Shown one piece after another: positions 1 through 11,200 of a stretch of 64,000 nt of DNA. Source of the stretch: Ginglymostoma cirratum (Eukaryota); assembly GCA_024137785.1 (NCBI GenBank), contig JAHRHZ010000274.1, forward strand, positions 17,846,871 through 17,910,870, in the 5' to 3' direction. Numbering within the stretch: position 1 is the first letter of the stretch; each line of letters begins with the position of its first letter. The notes under the pieces are model-generated. The model was not told the origin of the DNA. It saw only the letters and a list, made by a program, of their open reading frames with translations, and searched no databases. Both the position numbers and the translations under genes were made by a program.

Positions 1-799
1 CATGACATCAGGTTTAGCTCTGTGGATGCTGGTAAATCTCCGGTGCAATAGCTCAATGGTTGTAATTGTCCTGAACTGTATATCATAGAGCAATCCAATT
101 TTCATTCAATATCTGTGTCTTTTCATTGGTGCCTTTGGATAGTGATTAGGAAATGAAACCTTGATGGTTTTACTTTGTCCTTATCCAGACAGCAACAGTA
201 GCATCCCACTTTGATCTAGCGGAGATCAATTAGCTCAGTTTAAAATAAAGATGGTCTTTTTCATTATTTTTAAGCCAGAATTGCTAATATGGAATTGTGA
301 TTAGTGTGCTTTCTCCATCTGATGTCCAAATATGACATTTATACATATAAGATATGCAGGAATGCTCAAATGAACGAGTTATCGTCTTGACTGAAATCAG
401 TGTCATAGTTTTGTAGTTCACGCTTACCCCTTCTGATTTTTCAAGAAAATTTTAGCCAGTGGGAAAAAGCAACTTGGATGTATTCTGTTTGTGTCCCTGA
501 TTCCAATTGTTTTCCCTTGGTGGGTAGGATGGGGGGCATTGATAGTGGAGTATGTATCCTCTCCCATTTGTTCCTGTTAAAGACTTGCAAATTAAGGAAA
601 CTCGGGTTTCTCATCACTTGCACTCTACAAATGATGAATGCTGGGGCTACTTATTATTATGTGATCAACGAGGGTACCCTAAAGTTGATTTTGCAGTGTC
701 TGTCTGTTCACAGGGCCCACTTGTGTGCCTTAAAAGAAAAATTTCCCTAAATCAGGCATCATTTTAATCCTGTGGAAAGACCCAGAGTAATGCCACTAT

Positions 800-1040
800 T
801 TTTTTTCATTTGTGGGATGTGGACGTTGCTGGCTGGGCCGGCATTTCTTGCCCATCCCTAGTTCCCCTTGAGAAGGTGGTGGTGAGCTGCTTTCTTGAAC
901 TGCTGCAGACAACTTGCTGTAGGTTAGCCCACAATACCATTAAGGAGGGAATTCCAGGATGTTGACCCAGCCACAGTGATAAATTTCCAAGTCAGGATAG
1001 TGAGTGGCTTGGAGGGAACTTGGAAGTGGTGGTGTTCCTA
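800..1040 (-). mobile_element. 3' end of a CR1-superfamily LINE (family B)
   Basis: Reverse complement of the tail CACCACCTTCTCAAGGG...TAGGGATGGGCAA..ATGC.GGCCCAGCCAGC, also seen near 3200 and 48330. Confidence 0.75.
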
Positions 1041-1049
1041 TTGCCATAG

Positions 1050-1407
1050 GGGGAGGCAATGGCCTAGTGGTGCTATCACTAGAATGTTAATCCAGAGACC
1101 CAGTTAATGTTCTGGGGACCTGGGTTCAAATCCTGCCACGGCAGAAGGTGGAAATTGAATTTAATAAATATCTGGAATTAAGAATCTAAAGATGACCCTG
1201 AATCCATTGTCGATTGTTGGAATAACCCATCTGGTTCACTAATGTCCTTTAGGGAAGGAAACTGCCATCCTTACCTGGTCTGGCCTACTTGTGACTCCAG
1301 ACCCATAGCAATGTGGTTGACTCTTAACTGCCCTCTGGGCAATTAGGGATATGCAATAAATGCTGCCTAGCCAGCGATACCCTCATCCTGTGAATAAGTA
1401 AAAAAAG
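1050..1407 (+). mobile_element. tRNA-derived SINE with a family-B LINE tail
   Basis: A box TGGCCTAGTGG and B box GGTTCAAATCC. The tail GGGCAATTAGGGAT..GCAATAAATGCTG is shared with LINE family B. Related copies lie at 19855 and 48410. Confidence 0.85.
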
Positions 1408-1782
1408 TATAGATCCCTAACATTGGTTCAATCCTGAGAATACACCAGGAAGCGTGGCTCAGTTATATGAATGGCACTGCCCCAAAGACCAGCAATGGAC
1501 TCCAGGGTGAACCAACGTTCACAGGTGTGCCTAAATAGGGTGGCATGGCAGCAAGAATAGACCCACATATCTCTGGATTGCATCACGTCACTGGACTATC
1601 AGTGACTGTTTTGTACCCTCTAATATAACGAGTCACTCAGACATTATTTCTGAAATCAAATTTAATAAAACAGAGATCCTGAGAGGATTTCAAAACAATA
1701 CCTAATTTGCTTCTCCCTCCATTCCAATATAGACTGAAGCAAAAATGAATAAAATGACATTCTTAAATAATCACTTGTGACT

Positions 1783-1788
1783 TTTATT
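1783..1788 (-). promoter_or_regulatory. Candidate polyadenylation signal of the PEAK3-like gene
   Basis: AATAAA on the minus strand followed by a U-rich stretch about 25-45 nt downstream. Another AATAAA lies at 2374-2379. Confidence 0.25.
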
Positions 1789-2784
1789 TGAAATAGATGA
1801 AAACAGTGAACACCCGCAATCTAATTTACAGCAATAATTAATGAAATAGATTGAGTGAAAAAATTGGTGTACAGGAAAGTTTCAAACTGCAGTTGATTTT
1901 TACATATGATTGACTTCTGATACCTGATACTTTTCCATATGACTCACATTGGCTAATCTGCCTTTCTAACTTCAAGAGAATTTCAAGGTTGGATTAAGAT
2001 TATTACAAATCCTTAAGGATTAGCTTTATATTGATATTTCTGGTCAGATGAATACTGAATATTAAGCAGGATCCAGGTTCTTCCTCATTCTGTAAAACTG
2101 TTCATATTATGATTATGTTTCTCAGAGAGATTGTTCCTATGGAATGTTTGGTGTCCAGATATACTAACTGGCGGTGTAACTATGCAAAAATTTGAGAATT
2201 TTAAGATCATAAATAGCACAGAATAAGGTCATTTGACCTCCCATGCCTGTGTCAGCTCTTTGAAAGAGATATCTACACCAAGTCCCTCTCCCCTACTCTT
2301 TCCCCTTTGCCCTGTAATTTTCTCAAGTGGTTATCCAATTCCCTTATCGAATCTCATTGAATTCCATCACCCCTTTATTCAGGGCATTCCATAATAAGGT
2401 TCACTGAGCAAATCTCAGCATGCATAACTATCAAAAAACTGGATGCATTCGTCTGATTGGAAATTCAGTTGTGAAGGACATTTTATGCTAATCAATATTT
2501 GCAATTTTTAAAAATTGTTAGCAGATCTAGTTTGTAACAAGAAAAAGATATTGTTTTGAAAATGGTGCTCCTGTACAATGCCTGAAATATAAGTACAAAC
2601 AATAGAATAAATAATTACATAATCATGAGGTTCCACTGCTGTCTGCAGCTGGGCAGCAGAATTATGATGGGAATGTTATGATTAGTTTTTAAAAATCAGT
2701 TCTGTCAGAACCTGTGGAGGTCCAACTGGAGCAAAGGCTGGGAACTTTGTAGTGAGTAACTAATCTCCAGAGTATCCAGAGTCT

Positions 2785-3260
2785 TTCCATCATCTACAAG
2801 GTACAAGGCAGGAGGGTGACAGAATATCTCTACTTGTCTGGATGAGTGTGGCTACAACAACATTCAGGAAGAGTGACACCATCCAGCACAAAGCAGATCA
2901 CTTGACTGGCACCCCAAAAGCTACTTTAAGCATTCACTCCTCACATTATGCACTGACACTGCAGTGTGTACCATCAATGAGGTGCAGCTCTTCCACCTTG
3001 AACAGGGGTAGAATAAAGACACATGGAGCAATGCCTCCTGCATGTACTCCTTACAACATAGTGAATTTGAATGATATCACCGTTCCTCCACAGTCACTAT
3101 GTGAAAAATTCGAAACTCTCTTCCTAACAGCTCTGTTTACGTATCTATGTCACATGAACTGGAACAGTTCAAGAAGGTAGCTCATCACCAAAAAATAATT
3201 AAGGATGGGCCACAAATCCTGCCCTCATTGGATGCTCACATCCAATCGATGTGCATAAAA
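2785..3260 (+). mobile_element. Decayed 3' fragment of family-B LINE (inside the probable 3' UTR)
   Basis: CCATCATCTACAAGGTACAAGGCAGGAG...TGACACCATCCAG.ACAAAGCAG matches the copies at 47870 and 52090. Confidence 0.75.
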
Positions 3261-4321
3261 GAAAATTTGAATGTTATTTGAAACCACAAGTTGACTAACT
3301 GTACATCAGATTGACTAAGCCTTTTCAACCAAGACTTTAATTTTCACTTATTTTAGTTTTGCAGTTATTAGTTGTGATGGGGTTCAAGATGCCTGATAGT
3401 GCAATTACTTATTGTGCAAATATCTTACAATAGTTATTATCTGGGTGCAGCAAGCTAAAGTGGAAATCACAGTGTATGAGAAGACTTGATCATTTTATAT
3501 AACTATATTTGTTAAAGATGGTTAGTACGGAACGACAGTAGTGAGCATTTACCCTATTGACCTTTGGTATTGGCACAGGTTCAAAGTATTATGATGGCCC
3601 AACCAAAGATTTACTTGATTTTATGCTATACTTTAATGAACAAGCCTGAAGATTTGGAAAGAAACGTGCTCTTTTTATGAATGCATGTACATTCATTTGG
3701 CACATTTAGTTAAATGAATACTGGCAATCACACATGTATTTTGTTTACATTGGAGTCCATAGAGTGAATGCTGTTAGGTCAATTGCCTGTAGGATGCATC
3801 ACAACAGCATTTGCCACTAGCCAATATACATATGCACAGAATTCACAGCAAATTTTGTCAACAGCTATCAGCACTGGGAATGTTGCCTGATCTTATCCTA
3901 TCTTTCTGGGGGCTTTCATCATACTTTGAATATAGTCCCAACTGAGGTCAGTTAACCTAGCCTGTGGTTTTGAAAATTGAGATCTGTATGGATAAGTACC
4001 TCACAGGATGATGAGTTAACCTAGGGAAAGATTGGAAATTCTTCAGAACTACTTCTTAATAGATTATTGCATTCTTATTGCATGGTGGTTACATTTCACC
4101 ACTCACAATACATCCAGTCAATTGCTGTTTCATAGAATAGAAGTGTCTGAATAAAGCTTTAGGCAGTTTAATCAAATTCAATCTGCCTGTAATATGTTAT
4201 ATAACTTGACATTGTATAACTATAAGTTCTGTCGTTCTCGTGCACGAGAAAGTGGCAGTCTATTATTTGGAGTATAAGCTGCATTCATCAACGGACACTT
4301 GTATTGGTTTCATTTTCTTAT

Positions 4322-5434
4322 TCAACACCCTTCTTCCAGTAGAATCTGTAGCCCCCCTACTGCTTGAAACACTGAGTTAGGAGTAGCAAATGCAAAATAC
4401 TGGCAGCAAAGCCAGTCTTCCAGTTTTACTGGCTTCTCATCATTTAGAAACCTTTCCCCATAATTCAGCATCAGCAAAATACGTTTCATGTCCAACCAGT
4501 TTTTCAGCAACTGAGGTGGATCTTTGAATCCAGTGTTCAGACTGAACACATTCTGGTCTGGGCCCCAAAGTAAGGCCTGTAAGATGTGTTTTGCTTGGCT
4601 GATATGTATTCTTTTATTAGGATCTGCACATAAGAGTAAGTGGGCAAGATGTTGAAGCCTTTCAGAATAAATAGATAACAGGCGAATCTGAGGCAGGTCT
4701 CCTGTACTGTATTCTTCATAATGCTTTTGGCTTGAAATGCTCTCAATAGGGTTTGACAAGTGTAGCACCTCATAGATCAAAATGCCCAATTGAAACTCAT
4801 CAACCTTCTTGTACTGGGATGCAGACATCATTTCAGGTGCTAATCGGACCTGATCCGGGTGCAGTTTTTGATCAATTGCTGTACTCTTTTGTTTAGCTTT
4901 AGAGAAGTTGCTGATAATAAGTCTTGGCAGCTGAGGATTAGTACTGTGTTCTTTGCCTCTTGGCTCAGCCACCTTAACCAGCAGGAGGTTTTCCAGACGG
5001 AGGTCACAATGTGTAACGTTATGATTTTTCAAGTGTTCCAACCCTAGACACAACTGCAGAAGGAGAAGACATATTTGACGTTCATAGACATCTGCCTGGG
5101 ACTCATGGAGAGCCACTGAATCTTTTACAAAATCTGCCATGGTTTGATAGGGAACCTCCTGTGTAATGATCACAGCTTGAGACCTTTGTGTTATATTGTT
5201 GTCTGGTTGGGTTTCAGAGGTTTCTGCCTCAGCGTCTGGCCCAGACTCGTTCTTTTCTACTTCCAAATCACCAGAGCTCAAGGCCGCATCTCCAGAAGGC
5301 AAGAGGTTTGTTGGAATCATGGCAACAAAATGGCCACACACCCTTTGTACATTGAAATGGAAAGGGAGGCTTTCCTGTACGGAGAGGCCACAAGGCTGCA
5401 TCTGCAGGGCTTCTTGGTTCAGAGTTTTGATGAT
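4322..5434 (-). CDS. PEAK3: PEAK3-like pseudokinase, last coding exon (pseudokinase core and C-terminal SHED helices)
   Basis: Acceptor TTTTTACTTTTACCAAATGCAG|ATC, phase 0. Encodes HFNVQRVCGHF, YERQICLLLLQL, HCDLRLENLLL, RLIISNFS, LAPE, LQALLWGP and LEDWLCCQY, all typical of PEAK1/PRAG1/PEAK3. Stop TGA at 4322-4324. The joined CDS is 1947 nt (648 aa). Confidence 0.95.
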   Translation of the reverse strand: MIKTLNQEALQMQPCGLSVQESLPFHFNVQRVCGHFVAMIPTNLLPSGDAALSSGDLEVEKNESGPDAEAETSETQPDNNITQRSQAVIITQEVPYQTMADFVKDSVALHESQADVYERQICLLLLQLCLGLEHLKNHNVTHCDLRLENLLLVKVAEPRGKEHSTNPQLPRLIISNFSKAKQKSTAIDQKLHPDQVRLAPEMMSASQYKKVDEFQLGILIYEVLHLSNPIESISSQKHYEEYSTGDLPQIRLLSIYSERLQHLAHLLLCADPNKRIHISQAKHILQALLWGPDQNVFSLNTGFKDPPQLLKNWLDMKRILLMLNYGERFLNDEKPVKLEDWLCCQYFAFATPNSVFQAVGGLQILLEEGC

Positions 5435-5806
5435 CTGCATTTGGTAAAAGTAAAAAAAATGTGTAATTAAAAAAGTATATCTTTTATAATGTTATTGCTT
5501 ATGTTACTCTCAGTATGAAATTAAATTTATTTCTATGGGCCCACGAAGACAAAGATATCACTGAGGTAAGAAATGCCACTTTGGAATAGTGACTAAAACT
5601 AAATAGATAAGTAAAATGTGAATGTAATACACTTAGCTGTTGCTGAAACATTAAAGACATGACAGTAAAACCGTCTTTTCATTTTGATCAATAATAAGAC
5701 ATGAAACTAATGACTGAATGAACTAATTTAATTCCAGCTCTTTGTAAATTTTTGGGGTGAAGGCTGTGAAACCTGCACATCTATAATTGCAGACAACTGA
5801 ATTCCT

Positions 5807-6778
5807 TGTTACAGATATTGACAGAGAAACTGGGTGGTGGACAGTACGCCTGTGAACCTATTGCCCAGAAGGACAAAATAGAGTAAAAACAAACACTAAT
5901 GCATGGAATGCTGGAACATTATTCTGAGGTACAGAAAACAAGTTGGACTACGAAGTGTCATTCGCAAGTTTTACTTATTTTTCCTTCTGAGTGCTATAAT
6001 TTTATGGAGATGACTGGTTCTCGGTCACAGGCTGAAGGGCCAGTTAGAAACCCTCTGGCCACCAGTATTGGCTACCAGGTACGTGGTGACTGCTGCTAGG
6101 ATGACACCCACTGGACACCTAGGTTTGCAAAATGACCCAGGCCAGAGGTAAGTGGTAGTGGGGGTCTTTTCAGAAGAGTAGAATGGAAGACACTGGGGAG
6201 GACAATGTAATGGATTGGCATCATGGGCAGAGGATCACTTGTAGTAGCAGACAGAAAGAAAATGCATTGATAGCAGTGAAGTCTGGAAGGCTCTCTGTCT
6301 CTTTCTCTCCCTGTTTCCTTTGCATCATCCTGAAATTCGGCACCAATCATGAAACAAATCAGAGAATATTAATTCACCGAGAACTCAAAAGTTTCAGCAA
6401 GTCTCGCTACGGCTGAAGATATCAACTAAACATCCAAAGTCCTGGGTTCAATTGTAACATCTCAAGACCTCAAGAACTTTTAAAAATGCATATTTTTATC
6501 TTCTTATTTTACAAGACATGCCTGTTTTTAAAACAATTTGTGTGTTTTAAAATTGTGTCTTCGTTTGTTTTTGATGTCGCATTTTAATTTTTTTGAAGTG
6601 AGCAAGTAATAAAATTCTACTTTCTTCCACACATGTAACATTGTCATTGGCTCCTAAACTTTGACTAAATTATTTTAATTGACATATAGCTGCATGCTAA
6701 AAAGAGTTAAAAATCTTTCTAGTGGACAGCTGAGTGGGTTTAAAAGAAGGGAAGCCAATTCTTCATCTGGTTGTAACA
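5807..6778 (+). mobile_element. Possible solo or 5' LTR
   Basis: Termini TGTTACA...TGTAACA (7-bp inverted repeat) and an internal AATAAA near 6608. No target-site duplication found. Confidence 0.3.
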
Positions 6779-8104
6779 AAGCTGGCAGCTCAACTGAGGG
6801 GAAAAAAACGGTTCTTTCGAAAGTGTCTAAAAACAAACCTGAGAAAAAATGTTTTCTTGGGTCTGTAACATAAAAGTTCTAAAAATTTAACAGTGTGGTA
6901 TAGCAATGAACTAAAATGAATTTAAAAACCTTCACTGCAGCCAGTTGAGGGAGTTTAAAATGAAGGAAGCTGATTTCCTCCTCCTCTTCTAACTGTAGAT
7001 CATCACAAGGTTCCTGCTCTTGGATGCCTTGGGAGGCAACTGAACTTGTTGAACTTCTTGATAGCAGTCCAATGCATCTAGTTGGTTTTGTTGGCTGTTT
7101 CAAAGACTCGTTCATTCTCAACCATGTTGGTGTGGAGCCAGAGCTACATTTAGGTCAGACCAGCTAAAGACAATAGGTTTAACTTTCTAAAGTGCATTAG
7201 CTTTGGCAACCAACTTTTTACTTCTAATTCTTGAAAACTGGATTGAAATTCTAAAATTGACATGGCGGCATTTGGACTCCTATTCACTGAATACTAACCT
7301 TACAAGATCATCATTACAGTTATATCCCTCACAAGCATTGGATATATGTCCCACTCAACTATTCAAACCATTCAGTATAAAACATGTTACCTTGTAGATA
7401 TTTATGACTGACAAGTGAATCAGACATTATTGGGGTAGCTGGGAAAGTAGAATTGCGACAACAGTCAGTTCAGCATTGGTCTTGTTGAATGCCAGAGCAG
7501 ACTTGAGGGGTTGAATGGCCTACTCTTGTTTCTAATTCATAAGTTTGTTTGTCGAGAAAAGTAAAGGTGCAAACCGATTGCATCGCAATTAAATATAAGT
7601 TACTTCCTTCAAATGATTAATTAACAGACGCAATGTATTAATAATCTGAAGATAAAATGCTCAGAACTGGGTTACCAATTGATAGCTTTACCAAAATTCT
7701 AATAAAAACGATCAACTATATCGATACCAATAAATAAGAAACTTTATTTGTTGCTGACTTGGTAGTTACTGTTATTGAAGGAAAGCTTTCACATAACATT
7801 TTTACATAGACTAAATTACTTCCCTGTTTTTTACAGAATATTTTAGAATTTCAGTGTAGGGGGTATGTTTTCCAAAGTAGACTTGTTTTAACTGTACGTT
7901 TTATATGTAAGTATAGAAGCAAGATTCTTAAACGTTTGACTTCTGACACTCTTTGTTGTTCCAGTATCGAGAGTCTTTTACATTCTTCATGCAAGCACAT
8001 GATTTGGATCAACATTTCTGCAATTTCCTCATGCTGATTACAAAATTACATTCTTATAGCCAGAAAATATTGCGTAATTTTCAAATACTAAATCTGTATT
8101 ACAA

Positions 8105-8200
8105 AAGCAAAGTGCTGCAGATGCTGGAAACAGAAAATGTTAGAAATATTTAGTTGGTTTGGCAGCCTCTGTGGAGAAAGAAACAGCATTTTCAAGTCTG
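8105..8200 (-). mobile_element. Penelope-type terminal fragment
   Basis: CAGATGCTGGAAACAGAAA...GGCAGCCTCTGTGGAGAAAGAAACAG, the same family as 20820, 36940, 37770 and 57920. Confidence 0.55.
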
Positions 8201-8224
8201 ATGTTTCTTGCAAGAGTGAATGAA

Positions 8225-8700
8225 GCATAAAAATGGGAGTCTTGCTACTATATAGGGCACTGGTGAGACTGACCTAGAGTACTATGTACAGTTTTGGTCT
8301 CCTTAATTAAGGAGGAATATGCTTTCATTGGAAGTAGTTCAGGTAATGTTTGATTACTGGGTTGAAGGATTATTTTGAGGAAAATTTAAGCATGTTGGGA
8401 TTGTTTATATATTTTGGAATTTAGAGGAATGAGAGACAATCTTATTGATTCTTGAAGGTAGATAAGTACATGTTGCCCTAATGGAGGAGTGTACAACTAG
8501 GGAGAAAAATGAAATAAAAAGGCTTCTCTCATTTCAGACAGAGGTGTGGAGAAGTTGTTTTCTTAGAAGGTCCTTAGTCTGTGGAATTACCTTCCTCAAA
8601 GAACATTGGAGGCTAGGCCACTGAATATATTCAAAGCTGAGTTAGGCAGATTTTTGATCTACAAGGGAATCAAGCGTTATGAGGTGGAGTTAAGGGCACA
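8225..8700 (+). mobile_element. Decayed CR1 LINE 3' fragment
   Basis: CTAGAGTACTATGTACAGTTTTGGTCTCCT is the LEYCVQFWSP motif, and GTGGAATTACCTTCC is WNSLP-like. Confidence 0.8.
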
Positions 8701-9122
8701 ATTTTGATTTTATGACAATCAGCCATTATTCCAAGTTTTCCCATTGTATTCAAATTTCACTATCTACCATTGTGAGATTCAAACCCATGTCCCCAGACTA
8801 TTATGGTTGGGGTTCTGCATTATTCGTGCAGTGACATTTCCACTTTGCCACTGCATTCTCTGGATCAACTGTAATGTTATTGAACAACACAACAGGCTCA
8901 AGACCCATTCCCACTCCTATTTCTTATAACCTTATGATCAGGACTTAAACAAATGTTTGAAATAGAAAAGAGTGGAGGCATTGGTGGGCTGGATGGCAGA
9001 GGGATGTACAGAGGAGTAAAAGGAAAGGATAGAATGGAGGCCAGAGGGTATTAAATGACGAAAGGTTCTATGGTGCAAAGGCGAAGGGAATGGTACTGAG
9101 GTGTGAAAAAGTACTAAGAATA

Positions 9123-10091
9123 TGTTATAACCCTGGATCAGAACCTTAAAGTCTTTATAGATTTTTAAAAAATGATTCCGAATTGTGTTGTTTTTAAAAG
9201 ATGGACCACTATAGAAAAAGAGACTGTTTGTTTGGCAAAGTCTTGTGTGAAGCCCATGGAATGTCATGCATATAAATTGTCAGGAAAATTTCCAACAGGG
9301 AGTGACTTAATATGAAGAGATAACAAGGGAGGCTTACTATCTCTCCTCTCTCAACAGACAGACATCACTTGAAGACATGCCTGTCTTATCACACAGAAAT
9401 ATACAAAACGAGGGTTAAAAATTGACAGCAATACTGGTCAATGTGTGTTACGGCTGGACATCATAGTGCATGAACTAGATTACTGTGAGGGCTGCCACTT
9501 TGAGAATAACCATTTGAAGCACCCCAGCATTGCAGGTAAAATATTGGGAAAAATTCTTTCTCATTTTGAAAGCTGGAATTCAGGCACGGTCGAAAGGAAA
9601 CAGAATTTCAACTAACCTGCAAAACTAGGAATCTTGAAACTGACTGTTTAACTACAAGTTACAATACAATAACTAAAATACTACGGGTAACCTCCACTGC
9701 AATGGCCACAACATTAAATTATCCGCTCTTCACGAGCAATTCAGAAATTGCTTCATATATCTGCTTTTTTAAACATTTAACTTTTTGGATTTACCTCTTA
9801 TTTCTGATCTGTATGAATTTGCGTTACATTTTTATTTCTTCTATTATTTAATAATTAACAAATTCACTCTCTGTTAACTCAAGCCCCATAGTCAAGCTCA
9901 ATCCTGGTGAAACTGGTCCCTTTTAAAATATTTTGTTTGGTTCTGGGAGGAAGGATCCACAAGGGAATTGCTCCATTTCTAAATTAACCATGTTGTGACT
10001 AAGCAAAGGATAGATAAATAAGGAAGGGGAGCCATTGATTTCTCCTCAACAAGGAGTTTAATGATTCGGGTATCCCATATAATTATTAACA
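9123..10091 (+). mobile_element. Possible LTR remnant
   Basis: TGTTA...TAACA termini and a 3' part (GGGAGCCATT..TT..TC) resembling the end of 5807-6778. No TSD. Confidence 0.25.
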
Positions 10092-10844
10092 AGTTGAAGA
10101 TCCTTGCCCGGGTTCAGGGCATGAGAAACATGCTTACAAAAGGCATGAATGATAGGAAGGCAACTATTTGAACAGGAAGTAAAGGAAGTAAAAAGAATAT
10201 CTTTATATTAATAAATCTATATATAAATCAATAAGTCTACCATTACTGGAAAATTACTTTATTTGATGTCTTGCTACACTTGGCATAGAGGTACTGTGGT
10301 TGATTATAGTGGCCCCAGGTCATGCACCTGGGAATCAGGCTGTAAAACTCCTGCGTGGTACAGCTTAGTGCCACACTCCACAGTACCTTTTAGCAATTAA
10401 ACCATCAGGGCAGCCTCCAAAAAGGATGTATTTTGCTTCCAGACTTTACTTTTGGAAATATCAACACTTTATCTTATCAGTTGCAGTTATCATGTCGTGG
10501 TCTGAATTGAAGTAGCTTGGATACATCTTCTATGATCGGTTGAGCAACGAAGAGTCAATGTTATGTTATATCTGAAACAGCAGCAAGGAAGTTCATAGTG
10601 AGAAAAGATTTGATTAAAAAAAGGTTTTGGATTAGGAGGAGCTTGAATGGAGGAAGTGGATAATTTCATACTTCCTCATATTATATACCATCTGCTACCT
10701 TGTTGCACAGTCACTTAACCAGTCTATGTCGCTTTGCAGTACTTCTCTATTCAACACAACTTGCTTTCTCACTTAACTTTGTACTTTCATCAAACATTGA
10801 TATATTATACTTGATTCCCTTATCTACATCATTGACATTGATTG

Positions 10845-11200
10845 TAAATAGCTGAGGCCTACACACTGATCCTTTTGAAACTCCACGAGTTATACCTTGC
10901 CGTTTTGAAAATTACATGTTTATTCTGACTCCCTATTTTCTGTCCTTTAACCAATCATCAATCTATACTAGCAGGTGATTCCTAATCCCATGAGCCCTAA
11001 TCTTGTGCAACACCTTTCTGTGTAGCAGCAAAGAATGTCTTCTGAAAATCCAAACAGACTATATCCACTGATTCTAAATACTACCCTGTTAGTTACAGAC
11101 TCAAAAATTTCTAATAGAATATATTAGTTACAGATTTTAGTATTCTTCCTGCTACTAATGTCAGGCTAAAAGATCTGTAATCCTTGTTTTCTCTCTCCCC
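10845..11200 (-). mobile_element. Old CR1 LINE RT fragment
   Basis: The minus strand gives decayed VVCLDFQKTF and V(S)KGSV.GLSYL motifs, corresponding to YLDFQKAFD and GVPQGSVLGP. Confidence 0.6.

Noticed and set aside
427-573. Exon-like segment on the minus strand (TTTAACAG|GAA...GG|GTAAGC) with an open frame EQMGEDTYSTINAPH...
   Set aside because: No recognisable homology or partner exons in the window, so it could be chance.
5435-5440. ATG start of the 372-aa ORF
   Set aside because: ATGCAG is the end of the intron (acceptor). The ORF is a terminal exon, not a single-exon gene.
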